Shown piece after piece: positions 1-13,416 of a DNA stretch of 56,569 nt. Source of the DNA: Moniliella sp. 'wahieum' (taxonomy: Eukaryota); assembly GCA_003971905.1 (NCBI GenBank), contig RSEE01000096.1:186001-242569 (forward strand). The letters are read 5' to 3'. A model generated the notes under the pieces. It did not search any database, had not been told where the DNA came from, and saw nothing but the letters and a program-made list of their open reading frames with translations. Each line of letters starts with the position of its first letter. Within the stretch, counting starts at the first letter, position 1. The position numbers and the translations under genes were made by a program.

Positions 1-2414
1 GCGACGCACGATACGGAAAGGGAAACGTACAATGACATGATCCACAAGTGCCTCTTTTTTGCCATCGGCGATCTCAACAACAAAGGTCTACCAGAACAAT
101 CTCTCATCTTTGCTGGTCGCCTCTTGGCCCTGTGCTTTTTCCGCATCCTGGTGTGGGAGGAAAGCTGCTAGCAGCTCTGCCGATCAAAAACCTACGCTTG
201 AGCTCGTTGCCAGGGAGGCCCGATGGAACGAGATGGTTCCCGTCAAAGGGGGTTGGGACTCGTACCTGGCATGTTTTCCTGACCATCTACAAGGGCTATG
301 TTGCCGTGATCCCAGATCCTACCTCGAAGCGCTGACCTCCTACAAGTGTCCCGATGCTCAATTTTCGACTTCCAACACGTCAACTTACCTAGTCGAACAC
401 AAAGGCGAACAAATCAAGATGGGCGGATACTGGCTTCGTCGCTGGCAAAGCGACGATTCTGAGGTGGTCTTTTCCTTCTACACTAACTTCCACCGTAATT
501 TGGACCATCTTATCCATGTCAGTCTTCCACCCCATGCCCACCACCTCTTCTTTGGAGCACCAGGCTACGCCCGTTGCTGGTTTGATCCAGAGCAAGTGTT
601 TATCTTTGGTGCATCGTTCCCTCAAGTCAATCACAGCCCAGTACCGGTCCGCTCCCTTGTACGTCTCTCACCTTCTCCTTCTCCTCCCGCATCCATCTTG
701 TTGAAGCACATGTCTATAACTCTGTTTGTCACTGTTACCGTCCAAACAGTTCTCCCGGAGTGGGCGCCAACGTTCTACTGGACAGCCTAACGGACAAACC
801 CGCCGAGCTCCATACAGCCACGGTGCATTGCACTTCGGCCGTGGTAAACTGTGCTACTTACGGGAGGTGTTTGCCCTACATCGCCCCCCTTATTTGCACT
901 AGTATCCAGGTGCATCTAGTCTGTCTTATCAAGCGCACCTCTCTCTATGATGTGCAAGGTATCTTCTGCATGTGGGACTGGGTCGATATGTTGTTGGAAC
1001 GGATGGAAGAAGCAGGTCTGGAGATTGCTCAAGTCATTGACCTTGAGTTCCTGGTGGACGTTGTGCATAAGATCTTGTCGGAAGCAGACCACACGATCGC
1101 ATTGATGCGGACGATTGCGTTTTGCTACTCTCACTTTGGTCTTCTCACGTCAAGTGTGGCACTTCGTCGGGCATTGGTAGAGGACACCTTGCTCAACTCG
1201 GAGATCTTTGTCAAACTCTTTCTCTCTTGGTCCTTCAGCCTGCGCATGTACTTTTTCAACACCCTTGTTTTCCGTCTCGGCCACCTCTCCGACTTTTCAG
1301 CCCCACCAGAGGACGAGAACAATGAGTCGGCGCACCGGATTGCCAACCTGTTCAGCAGCGTCTTGGCCGTGTTCGAAGCGAGTACTCCCGCTTCCTGTCC
1401 GATCCGAACCAGGCTTACCGCAAAGATTCATCTCTGCCTTCTGCATCGCCTTTCTCTGGCATGAACACCACTGCACATCCAACCCAGGCTTCACCAGAGA
1501 GGAAGAGGGAAGCACTGCCGTACATTTCTATCTCGCACAATTCGCTCCTGCATCCATTCTCTCCTTCCTCGTCTTCTTTCTCTCTTCGGTCTCTGTCAAA
1601 GGAGAACATGATTCCCACTTCGCAAGCACCGGTCAAAACTACAGATTTGTCCTCCCCATCTTCCACTTTACCTTTGATTTCTTTGCCCAAACGAAGGCGT
1701 TTCCGGCTGGGGAAAAGGAAGGAAAGAAGTCTGGAGGCCTTCGTTAAAAATGAGAAGTCTCTTCATGACACAATTTTGCATCAATTCGAGTCGAAGGACG
1801 CTTCACCACAGTGGAGTCCTCCTCCCCCACTTCCAAAGGCCAATTCTACGCCTACGCAGCTCCTTGAGCCTGATGCCGCGTTCGATCCGCAATCCACTGT
1901 TCATCTTAAACCCACCGTTGTGGAGGGTGGAGAGGGATCCACTTCTTCTCCGGGCACATCATCAGTGGGTTGGCAATTCCGTACCCCATCTTCTGCAAGC
2001 ACCGAGATGGTCCATCGCACCATCAGCCTTGCTCCCGGCTCTAGGGGGGACCCTCCAGCACTCAAGTTGCCCCACCTCGGCGGAGGAAACGTCTAACGCA
2101 CCTTTCCATTGCTCGTTACGAGTCTTTGTGATCCAAAGCATGCGCGAATACGAGCAAATCGTCCAGGTACGTTTTTCCCTGCTCCTTATTTGTCAAGATG
2201 ATTATTCTGTCTGACCTGTTTCACCCCTATTATACAGGATCACGACAACTCCACTCACCCTCTCGGTCATCATACAGACGTGCCCCATCTGTCTGTGGCT
2301 TGGCCAGCGGTGTGGCAAATGGAGAACGGGTTGGGCCAGGAAACTCTTCTACTGTATTTGCTCCGTATCCAACAAACAAGTTCTCCTTCACGATGCACTA
2401 AATGCACTCACTGA
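1..2414 (+). CDS. DUF1765-family-like fungal protein, 5'-truncated, frameshifted; 3' end approximate
   Basis: Overlapping ORFs 59-790, 760-1464 and 1461-2096 give WDWVDMLL..IDLEFLVDVVHKILSEADHTIALMRTIAFCYSHF..FVKLFLSWSFSLRMYFFNTLVFRL, which resembles the DUF1765 region; intron 2167-2237 (GTACGT..CTGAC..TACAG). Confidence 0.55.
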
Positions 2415-2645
2415 CGATGAACAGCATTTTGTTCTCTTCTTTATCTTTTGCAATATCGCCCACTTTTCTTGGCTCCTCTCCTTTTGCTGGCAAAGCAAAG
2501 CGCCAATAGATTATCCATTAACAGTCGTGTGCGTGGCAGAGATCTTGGGTGCCATAGCAGACACAGGGCCGGTAATATAGAGCCGCAGAGGCTGAGCCTC
2601 TCTGCCCCTCTGCATGGCGTAGCAAAGGGCGCGGGCAGTGGCATC

Positions 2646-2673
2646 ACTCAGTACTCAGTACCCAGTACTCACT
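2646..2673. repeat. Quasi-palindromic heptamer array (ACTCAGT)~4
   Basis: actcagt actcagt acccagt actcact read directly. Confidence 0.8.
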
Positions 2674-4870
2674 AGAGATCGAGGCGTAACTTGGAAGCGA
2701 CCTTGCCGGTCAACTTTTTTAGGTGGGGATGCCGACGACGATGAATGGGTTGAGCGAGGACTTGGAGTCGGACGAGTCGTGGAACTGGGACATGCTGCTG
2801 TGGTGATGCGATGGGGTAGCACTCGGGTCAGGAGAATCATTGGACCGGCTCAGACTGCTGGTATCTTGGGACGGACGGGTACTGCTATCGGCCTCGGCCT
2901 TGGGTTCGCTTTCATGCACCACCACCTTTGGCGTAGAAGGCGGATCGACGGTAAATGCTGTCGCACCTTTCTCGCCGGCGGAGGCGCCGTGCTGAACTCG
3001 GACGCGGCGGAGAGGAAGGTATCGTACGAGCGGTTGGGCGAGTCCGAGTTGACCCGTACAAAGTATGCAGACCTTCACTATCCTTAGGTGGCCCCTTGGT
3101 CTTGGCCCGAGCATAGGCGGCCCCAGTGGCAGCAGCACCGCCTGCGGCTGCCTCGGATTTAGCACGCGAGTGCTTGGGTTTGGAAGACGGAGGTGCAGTC
3201 GTCTGTACGCCTTCTACTTCAGCTGCGACGTTTTCCGAGCCATACAGCGCCACCCAATCTTGTGCCACGAGGGCCTTGCGCGTGCGCTCCTCCGCTTGCG
3301 AGACGGAGAGGTTGCCTTGTTCCACATCCTGGATTTCACGCAGATGGTAGGCACCGCATAGCCGCGACCAATAACGTGCCGCCAAGTTGTTCCTCCGTTG
3401 ATCGGCTCGTAGTACCATGTGACACGCCCGTTGCGGTTCAAAACGTGCGAACGGTCAAACAGCGTCGAGCCACGGACATAAGGTTCCAATTCCAAGTGGG
3501 CCACCGAATCTTTTTGGCCAACAAGCGACGTTGCTCAGCCACCTTCTTGTCCCCGCTCTTGGCCCATGTTTGGCTCGCCTTCTCCAGCTCCAACCACAGA
3601 TCGTCCCGCTTCTTCAACCGTTCGTCCCGCTCCGCCGTATCCTTCAGCAAGGCATTGTCGTCCTTGTGTGATTGCGGATAGTGGTACTCGTACTTGGAGG
3701 TTCCCTCAAAGCACTTTGGTACCCGAATCGCAGGCAAGTTGGGCATGGCATCGTCAATGCGCTTGATAAACTGCACTTTGGCCCGCACCACCGGGTCCAA
3801 CATGGGCGCCAACGTTTTCCAAATCCCGTTAAAGATCCAGGGCGCATGGAAAACATAAACCTTGCCCAAGCACTCAGGGTAGTACTTCTCCAGTGCACCC
3901 ACCACATACATGAGCGTGTGCCAGTCCATATTCCTGTTTTTTGTTTGTGTTTTGTTGTTGTTTGATTGAGCAAACCGGTCAGTAATCCAAGGCAGCACCA
4001 CAACAGGAACAGGGACGCACTTAAGCCCAAACCCGTCTAGGTTAAACACGAGGGACACGGTGCCGGCTGGGGCTGCATCAGGTAGCGGTAGGTCTCCATG
4101 GCGTAGAGTACAAAGCGCTCCATCGAAGCGTCGGCTGACCGTTGGTAAGGTGCAGGCGAACGGTAATGTAAATCATCAGCTCCTCCTTCTGAGTCCCACC
4201 ATAAGCAAACACTTTGCCCGAGGTTTGCTGGTCAATCAAGTGGGGGATGGACGCGTTGCCCTCATCACCGGCAAGGATCAAAGACTGCGGCGAGGAGGGG
4301 AATAAGATGTCAGCGATGGCTCACACAGAGAGACTGAGTGACAAATGGGGAGGGTGGGGGGGGGGGACGTACTTCGAGATCGTTGTCCATGCGCCACTTG
4401 AGTGCCGCCGCAAACATGCCGAGCGCTCGGCCCAGGTTCCATTTGCGCGCCCGGAGAAGCGGCAAAACACACTGTCAGCCGTTTCAAACTTGGCCATGTC
4501 CCACAAGCCGCGTTGAATGGCCGTTCCAGAGTAAGCCGTGAGCAGCTCGTTGATGACGGCCGTCGGCCTTGGTCAGTTCCCGTCCCGGCCGTCGCGGTCG
4601 GTAGAAGAACGCGGTGGCTTGGTCTGCGGGCTGGTGGGGGACCCCGGGGACGCGTCGGGACCAGTCCCGTTCTGGATCCAGTCGAACCACTCGGACCAGA
4701 ACTCACGCAGCATCTTCTCCTGGCTCTCATCCAGGTTGCCTGACCGGCCACACAGAAGGGTTAACAGCGGGCCACGGAGGCAAGAGGGAAGAGGCGCAGG
4801 GCAACGTACCAGGATGGCCGGACGGCAGGGGGTCAATCAGGTTGGGAACCTCCTTGAAAGGCGGCGGCAT
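2655..4870 (-). CDS. CRAL-TRIO (Sec14/Csr1-like) phosphatidylinositol transfer protein; spliced, frameshifted, 3' end uncertain
   Basis: GNLDESQEKMLREFW, ADSVFCRF.RARKW, VFNLDGFGLK/NMDWHTLMYVVGALEKYYPECLGKVYVFHAPWIFNGIWKTLAPMLDPVVRAKVQF; ATG at 4870; introns near 3932-4020 and 4280-4372. Confidence 0.9.
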
Positions 4871-6009
4871 GACGATTGCGAGCTCGGAGATGCGGCGGCC
4901 GGCGCTGCAGATGGGCTGCGAGTGGTGGTGGAGGAGGTGGAGGAGGTGTCGTGGCGTGTGCCGTGGTGTGCTGCCAGCACACCAAGAGAAAAACACTTGG
5001 CAGTCGAGTCGTCGGCGGTCCGGCTGTCCGTGGAGCTCAGGCTGAGCAGCGCTCAGCTGAGCGCGCGAGAGTGCTGAGCTGCACAAACCAAAGACGATGG
5101 GGTGACCACTGACCAGTGACCCCGTGCGGCGCAGTGGCTAGTGACGTCGTCAAGGCTTGGATTCCTGTCCGAACCGGCGGGAAGGCAGGCGCAGTCGCAT
5201 GGGACGTGTGACATGCGACGGCCATTCCGTCACCGCGTCGCTCGTTCTCACGTGCGGCGAGGCCAGTTTCACCAGCGACCGCAAGCCTGCGCTGGTTCTG
5301 TTGGGGCACGCGTTGTTTCAACGCACGGCACACGAGTCGCCCCGTGTCACCTGTCCACCGCAGGAGAAGCCGAGTCTGGCCCAGCTGGAGCTACGCTGGC
5401 ATCGCAGACTGAGATCTCACCCTTTCCCCGCCTTGTGCATGAGCGGTTTCAATACTGTTTACGCGTTACGTCGTGAGAAAACGTCTTTCTTCAATTTTAG
5501 CAGAGGGTAGTGAGCATTCCATCCACAGGCGCGGGGGGGGGGAGGAGAGGGCATGTAGGGCTTGGGTGGGTCTGGGAGGGCAGGGAACGGAAGGGGTTGG
5601 GCTACGCAAGCACCGCTTACGGCGCTTACGCTTGGCACTGTTTATCGCTCAACAGCAGCTCCTCCATCTGTACATCAGCTTGCTTAGTGCTTGAAGCGTC
5701 AAAGCCCAATCTTCAATCTTCAGTCTGTAATCAACACAGGGGGAGAAGGCGGCTTCCCAATGACCGTCATGGACTGGACGATGCGACGGTGCTGGTGTTG
5801 AATGTGGGGTAGGTGTTAGAGCGTGGCATTTCCCATGACGCGCGTGACGTGGAGCTCGTGGAGATCCTGCCCCCTCCGCCCATACGAGGACAGCAGGCGG
5901 GCCAACAATTGTGCCAATCAATTGCAGTTTTTTTTGTCTTTGAAATGGTGTTTGTTTTTTTTCCTATCCGACGCCATTCCAGCCTTTCCGCCTGGCGACT
6001 TGAAGCTTG

Positions 6010-6024
6010 AGGGTTAGGGTTAGG
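6010..6024 (+). repeat. Interstitial telomere-type repeat AGGGTTAGGGTTAGG (2.5 x TTAGGG)
   Basis: Read directly; lies in a long stretch without a recognisable protein. Confidence 0.8.
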
Positions 6025-6737
6025 TGTTCAGCGTCAACACATTCAACCTGTTCTTGCTGGTCGGGGTAGTAAAGTGTAAGACCGGAGGAACCCAAGGGAT
6101 TGGGTGAAGAACCTCTGGAAATGTAGAGCAATGCAATCGCGATGGTGGTGGTTCCGGTCTAAGCCTTGTGCCACACCTAGAGACAGGGGTTCAGACAAGC
6201 CTGAGTATACACGTGGAGGCTTCGGAGGACAAATCAGGGGTGAAGGGTGATGAGGCGCCTTGGCCTAAGTACGGGACCACGGGTCCCAACATAAAGCCGT
6301 CCGGCATTTCCCAAGGAGACAAGACGGAATGAGTGGTGGGAGGAGGAGACAGTGTCAACATGCTGACTACCTCCCGAGTCGAACCAGTGACCAACCGAAC
6401 AAGACCAGAGGTCCCCAAGCTAGGCAACCAATGGCGATAACATGTGCACCGATGCCGTTTCAAAACCCAACTTGAAACTTGCAACAAATTCTGGGACGGG
6501 GGAATCGAGTCATCGCGTTTTAGACGTTTCCCTACACAGAGTGCTGAGGTAGTGAGCGCTGAGGGGATCACACATTAATCACATGGAGGCGGTCGGTTCA
6601 ACTGAACGTTCAGCGGCTTAGCGCTTATGCCCGTCTTCTGTTGCCGGTACCCGGTGTGTTACAGGCACCTGGCAGGCACGGGCGCACTGCGTGCTGCTGA
6701 ATTAGTAATGCATGGGATGGTCGGTGAGCGGTGGATG

Positions 6738-6791
6738 ATCGATCGATAATCGATAATCGATAGCCGGATAGCGCTACTCGATACTCGATAC
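6738..6791. repeat. Degenerate heptamer array around ATCGAT (GATAATC / GATACTC)
   Basis: atcgatcgataatcgataatcgatag...tactcgatactcgatac. Confidence 0.7.
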
Positions 6792-8133
6792 CCGCCAGCA
6801 GATGGCGTGCGACAGACATGTGCCACCATTTGAAAGGAAGCTCCCTGGGACGCCCGAGGTACATACAGTGCCCCTGTCACACTCACGCCATGCCGGGTTG
6901 GCGCCGCGCAGAGCGTCCGTGTCGGTTGGGCGGGCTCTGGCGTGGGCTTGCGGTCCGCGGGCGGACACTGCGCTGTTACGGGCGAGCTCAGCTAGCACAG
7001 CCAGCACACCCAGCACATGCAATTTCACATTCGCCCTTCGCACTGCAGACGCACTGCGCTGGGTTGCGGCCCAGTGCCTGGGCGTTCGCTACGTACGCAT
7101 TCAGCGTCTGCCGATACCACCGAACGTGGCGTTGATAAACTTTGCGATGCTGCCCCCGTGCTTCTTCGGCCACACTGCTCCTCTTCGTCCGTTTCCATCA
7201 ACGTCCGCCCTCCTGGCAGCCCTGCCGGATAGCGGCGGTACCTGCCGCAGGTGCCTGCAGGTGCCTGCAAGTGCCTGCCGAGGCTGACTCCCCCCCCCCA
7301 GCCACCAGCCCAGTGTACCCCCTGCTCGGACCAGGCCGCAGCTCTGAATCGGAAAGGAGTACAGTGCGCTGGTGCGCCATGCTGGCCCGACAGCGCAGCG
7401 CGCGCATTTGGGGCCGAACGGAGTGAATTGCGGCGGCCTGGGGCGTGCTGCGGCCGCCCGCCCCAGCGCACCCAGGCACTGTCTGCGCACTGCGGGTGCG
7501 TTGGGGGTTGGGGCGCACAGGCGCAGTGTCCGGCTGCTGCGCTCGGGCAGCGTACCCGCCCCCTGCTGGCTGCGGCCAACCGGCCCCGCTGCTGCTGCTG
7601 CACCCGGAGGCACACCGGCGCCAGTCCAGCCCCTGCCGCCCGTTTGCGTCGTCCACACGCCGCCTCTCCCCCTCCCTTCCTCACCACCAGCTCGTGAGTA
7701 GCCCCCCCCCCCCACGGTGCTTGGTGGCGTTGGCGGTGCACCGGACGCCCTTGCTGCTCTTGCTGCCCGTCGTCCCCACGCTACTGCGGTGGAGGTCGTG
7801 CGTGGCAGCATGGATGGCCATGGCGGCTGTTCGCCACTGCCACAGCCACTGCCCAATCCGTCGTGCGACGCTGCATGCTAACTCTCCTCCCTTGCTCTCG
7901 CAGCCCTCGCCTCGCAGACGACTTTCCCCAAAGTACGGCTCGGCGCCTCCCCCTTCCCTCTTCCCCAACCCTCGTCACCTTGAAGACTGCAAGATTGATC
8001 TCCCCCTTGGGCGCGACGATCTCTTGACTGGCTCGGTGTACTCCTCGACTCTCCAGCGACCCCTTGTGAACCTCTCCTCTCCACCCAACCCACTCTTCCT
8101 CCTTTCCCCCTCCTCTTGCCTTCTCTCCCCACC

Positions 8134-9295
8134 ATGGCTGTTCTCCCCACTTCCCCCACTTTTTTGCTGCTCCGCAGCAGCCGCAGTCGAAGAAGATGAT
8201 GCAGGCTCCTTCGACGGCCACCGTGGCGGCCATTGCCGCGGGCCGCAACCCTTCTCCCCCGGCGGCCGGCCGTCCGAAGCAGCCGCCGCGCCGCGTTAGC
8301 AGTGCCACCGCTGCCGTGATGCACGCAAGGGCAACCCGGAGAAGCGCGCCAACCACAATGCCATTGAGCGTGCTCGCCGTGAAAGCTTGAACCAGCGTTT
8401 CTTGGTACGTTGGTTTTTCCTGTCTGCCTCGATTTGCACACTAACCTCCCTCGTTCCTACCCCCCAGGTTCTGGCATCCAAGATTCCTGCCATCTCGGAG
8501 GTCCGTCGTCCTTCCAAGTCGTTGATTGTCAACCGCTCGCTTCAGTTTGTCGCCGATTCACTGGCCCGGGAGGCAATGTACCGCAAGATGCTCGTCGAGC
8601 TGCACGACCGCACGCGTGTGTTGACGGAGCAGTTGAACGAGTACCGTATGGCCAATGGCCTGCAAAACTATGTCGAGACGGTTCCCGACCTTGTTCTGCC
8701 TGTCGCGCTGGCGGACGTTCCGAAGGACAAGCCCACCGCCCGCATTGTCGGACGCAAGAGCAGTGGCACCCTTGCCGGTCTCGACGGATTTGACCTGGCC
8801 GGAGACGAGTTTGGTCTGGATGAGTACGACGAAGGTGCGTTTGCTGTTGACGAAGTGAGCTCGGCAGCGGACGAGCGCGCTTCGTTGTTCTCCCCGTCCA
8901 TGTTTACCAAGTCGGAGAGCATGCCGATCCCGGCCGCGAACGCGAACGCGTTCGGCACCGTGCCGACCGGCTCGTTTTCCTCCTCGGCTGCCATGCCCAC
9001 GGACGTGAATGGGGCCATGTTTTTCCAGCAGATGCCCGTGTGTGCTTCGCCCGTCACGTCGTCGCCCGTTAGTCAGACGGAGCTTTCGACGGGATCGCCC
9101 TTGTCGGGCTCGCCTGTGGTCACCACAACGTTTAGCCCGACGGCGATGGCCCCGAGTCCCTCGGTTCCGCTCAGCACCAACTTTGACATGTTCCACGCAT
9201 TTACCTTGCCCGACGCGGGTCATGCGTACCATGCCACTCCGGATTCGTTGGCCGACTTGGCCTCGTTCCTGGGCACTACGTATTCCTCCGCTTAG
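8134..9295 (+). CDS. bHLH transcription factor
   Basis: EKRANHNAIERARRESLNQRFL | intron 8405-8467 (GTACGT..CTAAC..CAG) | VLASKIPAISEVRRPSKSLIVNRSLQFV followed by a coiled coil; frameshifts near 8160 and 8330. Confidence 0.9.
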
Positions 9296-11514
9296 ACGTG
9301 GCATTCGTTTAGGTTGTCCGATGGTCCCTGTCAATTTTGTTCCTGCCCGCCGCTCCCGTCTCGCTACTCGCTACTGGTTCCGTCTTTCCGATTTGGGCTC
9401 CGCGCCCTGTTTCGTCTCTTTGCGCCCGTTGGTCTCTCTGATGCGTCGGGGAGGGTTGTAATGATCCTCCCTCGGTGCCTGCTCCGCTCTTGTCCGCTTC
9501 TGCGACCTGTTCTCGCCCGCCTCGTTCTTCCTCCCCTCTCTGGCTTGGATCGTTGGGTCCTCTGGGTTCTCTGGCATCTATGGGATCTCTGGGTTCCGTC
9601 TGATCCGATCCGATCTGATCTGATCCGCCCTTGTGGCCTGTTTGTCTCCCTCTTTGCGCGTCTCGTTGCGACGAGCCATCTTTCTCTTTTAGCCCGACAT
9701 TACGATGCATGCATGGCAAGTGCTCCTTTGTAGTCTAGGCCCGGCCTGGGCCTAGCTTCCCTCTCTCACCACTCTCACTCTCGCACCCCACACGTAGGCT
9801 GAGTCGTCTCTGACCCTGCCCCACACACTCCTTATTCCCTCCCCCCCTTTCGCCCTTTTCCCTCCTATCCTCACGTCCTCTCTTGCCACGCAGCGTCGCA
9901 TGTCTGCCTTGGAGGCAAGATGCTTGTTGTACTTCTCTGTCCTAAGCTGTGCTTTGACCTCATCTGGTTCCGTATATGTAGTGGGCTGTATGCTAGTCTT
10001 TTTCCTTTGATGCGTAGGCTTGCTACGGGCTGCCACTCGCCCAGGCATGTCGTATGTGTCGTGTGCGACCCAGGGGAGCTACCGTGGCGCGTGACGACCG
10101 TGGCAGGCGCCACGGACCACGGTGCACATGTCGGCGTCACCGCGTACGAGCTAACGACGTAGGACAGTACTGGGTCAGTCCTCAGGCCTCAGCCCTCTGT
10201 CGTACTGAACCCTGTATTCGGTCCTCAGTCTGAGGACTCAGTACTGAATACCCTGAGTACCTCAGGACTCAGCACGGCCGAGTACACAGGAACCGTCGCC
10301 CCGACCACCCGTTCTCTCCCCGGCCGTGAGCGTGCCGGTGCGTTGCGGCTGTCACGATGAGAGGGAGTGGGGTAACTGCGTTCCCACGGTCCCCATCGTC
10401 CGTGGCTCGGCTCGGCGGCTAGGTCAGTATTCAATGTCAATGATGTGGCCCTCTGGGCGTGGGCATGAGCGTGGGCGGGCCAGGCTCGACCTGGCACCAG
10501 GGAGGCATTCGACGGTTGAGGTTCGACGTTCGAGCCTTCCGCGGCCCAGACCACCATCCCATGTTGCTGGCTGGCAAACGTCAAACTGGCACTGACACAC
10601 GTCCCATGACACGAGGCGGGCACAGAAGGCGGCAGTGTCGACACCATGAAGCATCGGCTACATCCTTGTGGAGGGAGACAGAACCTGAGAGCGCGTGAGG
10701 ATGATTCGAGCATGTCGGACCGATCGGTGGGTTCTACGGTTGCGATATGTGCCGATACCCCGGCGCGTACCGGATGGGGCCAGGGCAGGCAATGCGATGC
10801 TGCGATGCATTTCGAGCGGGATGGGAGATGGGAGATGGGACACGACGGTATACGTGGTTACAGAAGCGGGTAGGAATCGAATGTCAAGCATGTCAAGGGT
10901 CGATATGCGATAGGGATATCGACAGGGGGGGAACGTTGCTGGTCTGACACTGGCCCCATGTTGTTCGCCTAGAGTAGCCCATATGGGTTGGGCTGAGGGC
11001 CTGGGTTGGCCAGCTGAGGCGGTGGGTGAGAAAGATGGAGAGGGTGGCCGGTGATATAGGTGATAGGTGATGCATGATGCATGGTGTCAAGTATGCATGA
11101 TGCATGATAGCGCAGGGGGGCTGCCGTGGGCTGGGCTGGCCATGTGACATGTGGCATGGCACGTGACATGCGAAGACAGTGACGCCGTGGGGGTGGATGT
11201 GTTGGTCGGGCGGGCTGCCGGTGGGCGCAGAAGCGGTGTGGCACGGGGCTAGTGTACTGTGCCGGCAGTGCGCTGCTGTGCCTGCCTTGTCTGGTGCTCC
11301 CCCGCCCCTGCTCTGGCCAGAGGCAGCGGCGACAAGGCAGGTTACCGGTTAGGCTAGGCCTTAGGCCCTAGGCTAGGCTGGTGCTCCACTGGAAATTTCT
11401 CACACCCAGCACGACTTGCTGCCGCCTTCCGCTTCCGTCTTCCCCCTTTCCCTTTCCCTTTCCCACCGTCTTCCCTCGGCTGCTGGGCCTTTCCGCCTCG
11501 CCGCCTGCCCGCCC

Positions 11515-13416
11515 GATGCCGCCCTGCCCCTCCCAGCCAGACTGGTGCGGCCGCCGTATCGGACGTTGGGCCACAAGCTGCGCTTTGTCGCAGCCCAACT
11601 GGCCGCCACCTGGTCTCCTCCCTGTTTCTCATCCTTGTTGTCGTCTGGGCCCTGCTGGCGCGCACGGTCGAACGCTTCGCTGCGGCGTGGGATGTGCGTG
11701 GCCTACTTCCCTTCTCGCTTTCCACCCCGTCCACGCCTTCCTCCTCCTCTTCGCCCGTCTACTCCCCACCTGCCAGCCCGGATCTGGACAGGACAGCGCG
11801 CCAGTCAGATCACCTGCCGGCCGGCAAGGTGGACGGCCCCCCGGCGTGGGAACAACCGGCGCGCTGGGAAAGACGAAAAGTTGTGAAAGATGTGAGGTAC
11901 TATGCCCGCTCGTGCGGGTTTGATATTGTCAACGAGACGGTCACCACCAGGATGGATTCCACCTGCGCCTGCACCGCGTCATTGACCCCACCCAAGTGGG
12001 GGAAAAACAGGCGGGTGGCAAGGGCCAAGGTACGTTGACCTTCTCTGTCCTATTCTCATTCTTGTTCTTGTTCTTGTTCTCGTTCTCGTTCGCATTCGCG
12101 TTCGCGTTCTCTCCCGGGGGATGGCGGCTAAGATGCCCATGCAGTTGGTTCATGATGGCTTACGTTGTGTGTTTGTGCTATGCTATGCTATGCTATCCGA
12201 GGCTAGGCGGCTACCCGGTCCTGATGCATGCACGGTCTTCCAATCGTCCGGATCGTTCGTGACGAGCGAAGAGCGGAGCATTGCGTTCTGGCTTGCGCGG
12301 CAGGGTGGGTACAAGTGTTTTGGGCACAACCGCGCGGTGTTTGGGATGGGCATGAACGCTATTCTCGTTCCGACCCGCAGTTCTGGGCCTGGCCAGTAGA
12401 AGATCTAGCGCGGTACGACCTGCCAGCGCTGGTGGATTGGATCCGGGCCGATACGGGGTACGACCATCTTGCCTACATTGGCCATTCGCAGGGCAACATG
12501 ACCATGTTCTTAGCGCTGAGCCGGACGTTTGTCCGAGCCTAGGCCGGCATCTGTCCAGTTTCACCGCTCTGGCACCGGCGCTGTACGCGGCCCCTTGACG
12601 CAATCGTTCCCGCTCTCGTTGCTGCAACGGGTTGGGCCAGCGACATGGGGCAAGCTGTTTGGCTGGCTGGACTACATCCCACTGATGCGCATCTCGTACG
12701 ATTGGACGCCCGCGCTACCGTATGCGCTGCTAGGGTACGAAATGTTTGCCTTCCTATTCGAATGGACCGATGCCAATTGGCTCCCGCGACGCAAGGCTAA
12801 AATGTTCCGCTTTGCCCCGCAGCCCGTGAGCAGTGCGAGCATTTACTGGTGGACTGGGCGGGGCGGGTTTGCCGCGCGGGGGTGTGCGCTCCCCCCCACC
12901 TCTGAGCCTTGGTGGACACCCGACTTCCCCCCGCTCTCCATATTTTCTGGCGGCATGGACTTTTTGGTGCTGACCCAGCCTGTCATCCATCGTATCCACC
13001 ACCACGAACCTCACGTTCGCCTCGTCCGCTGGAAACGCCAGCCCGAGGCAGAACATTGCGATCACTTTTGGGCCGCCGACGCGGTCGAGTGGTGCTTCCA
13101 AGATATCCTCCATGACATTGAACATGCTCGTCAACTTCGTTCAACCAGTTCCACTTCCACGAGCTGCACCCACCCGACCTCCACCCCGACCCCGACCCCT
13201 ACCCCGCCCCCCGCTCTGGCTCCCAACCTCACTCCGCCCCCGCCCTCACCTCCACCTCCACATCCACATCCCCCCCACTTGCCCGAATCGCTCGACGGCC
13301 GCGGCTCCGAGGGAGTCCCTGACCCGGCGTCCGAGCACACCCACACCCACACCCACGACCCCTTGCCCCTGCCCGCACCTTCCCTCGCCTCGGAAGCCCA
13401 TACGGTCCCGGCGTAG
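11515..13416 (+). CDS. AB-hydrolase lipase / steryl ester hydrolase (Tgl1/Yeh-like); start approximate
   Basis: YYARSCGFDIVNETVTT, HG.FQSSGSFVTSEERSIAFWL, DLARYDLPALVDWI..YIGHSQG nucleophile motif, GGMDFLV and EHCDHFWA; intron from 12030 to about 12201-12206. Confidence 0.88.

Noticed and set aside
6625..8000. Many overlapping 60-280 aa ORFs in GC-rich intergenic DNA (also 44386-45750)
   Set aside because: Ala/Arg/Pro/Gly-rich in all frames with no recognisable domain; expected by chance at this GC content.
12030..12206. Second intronic snoRNA in the long lipase intron
   Set aside because: A TGATG word is present but I found no D box, terminal stem or rRNA complement; the length is explained by simple repeats.
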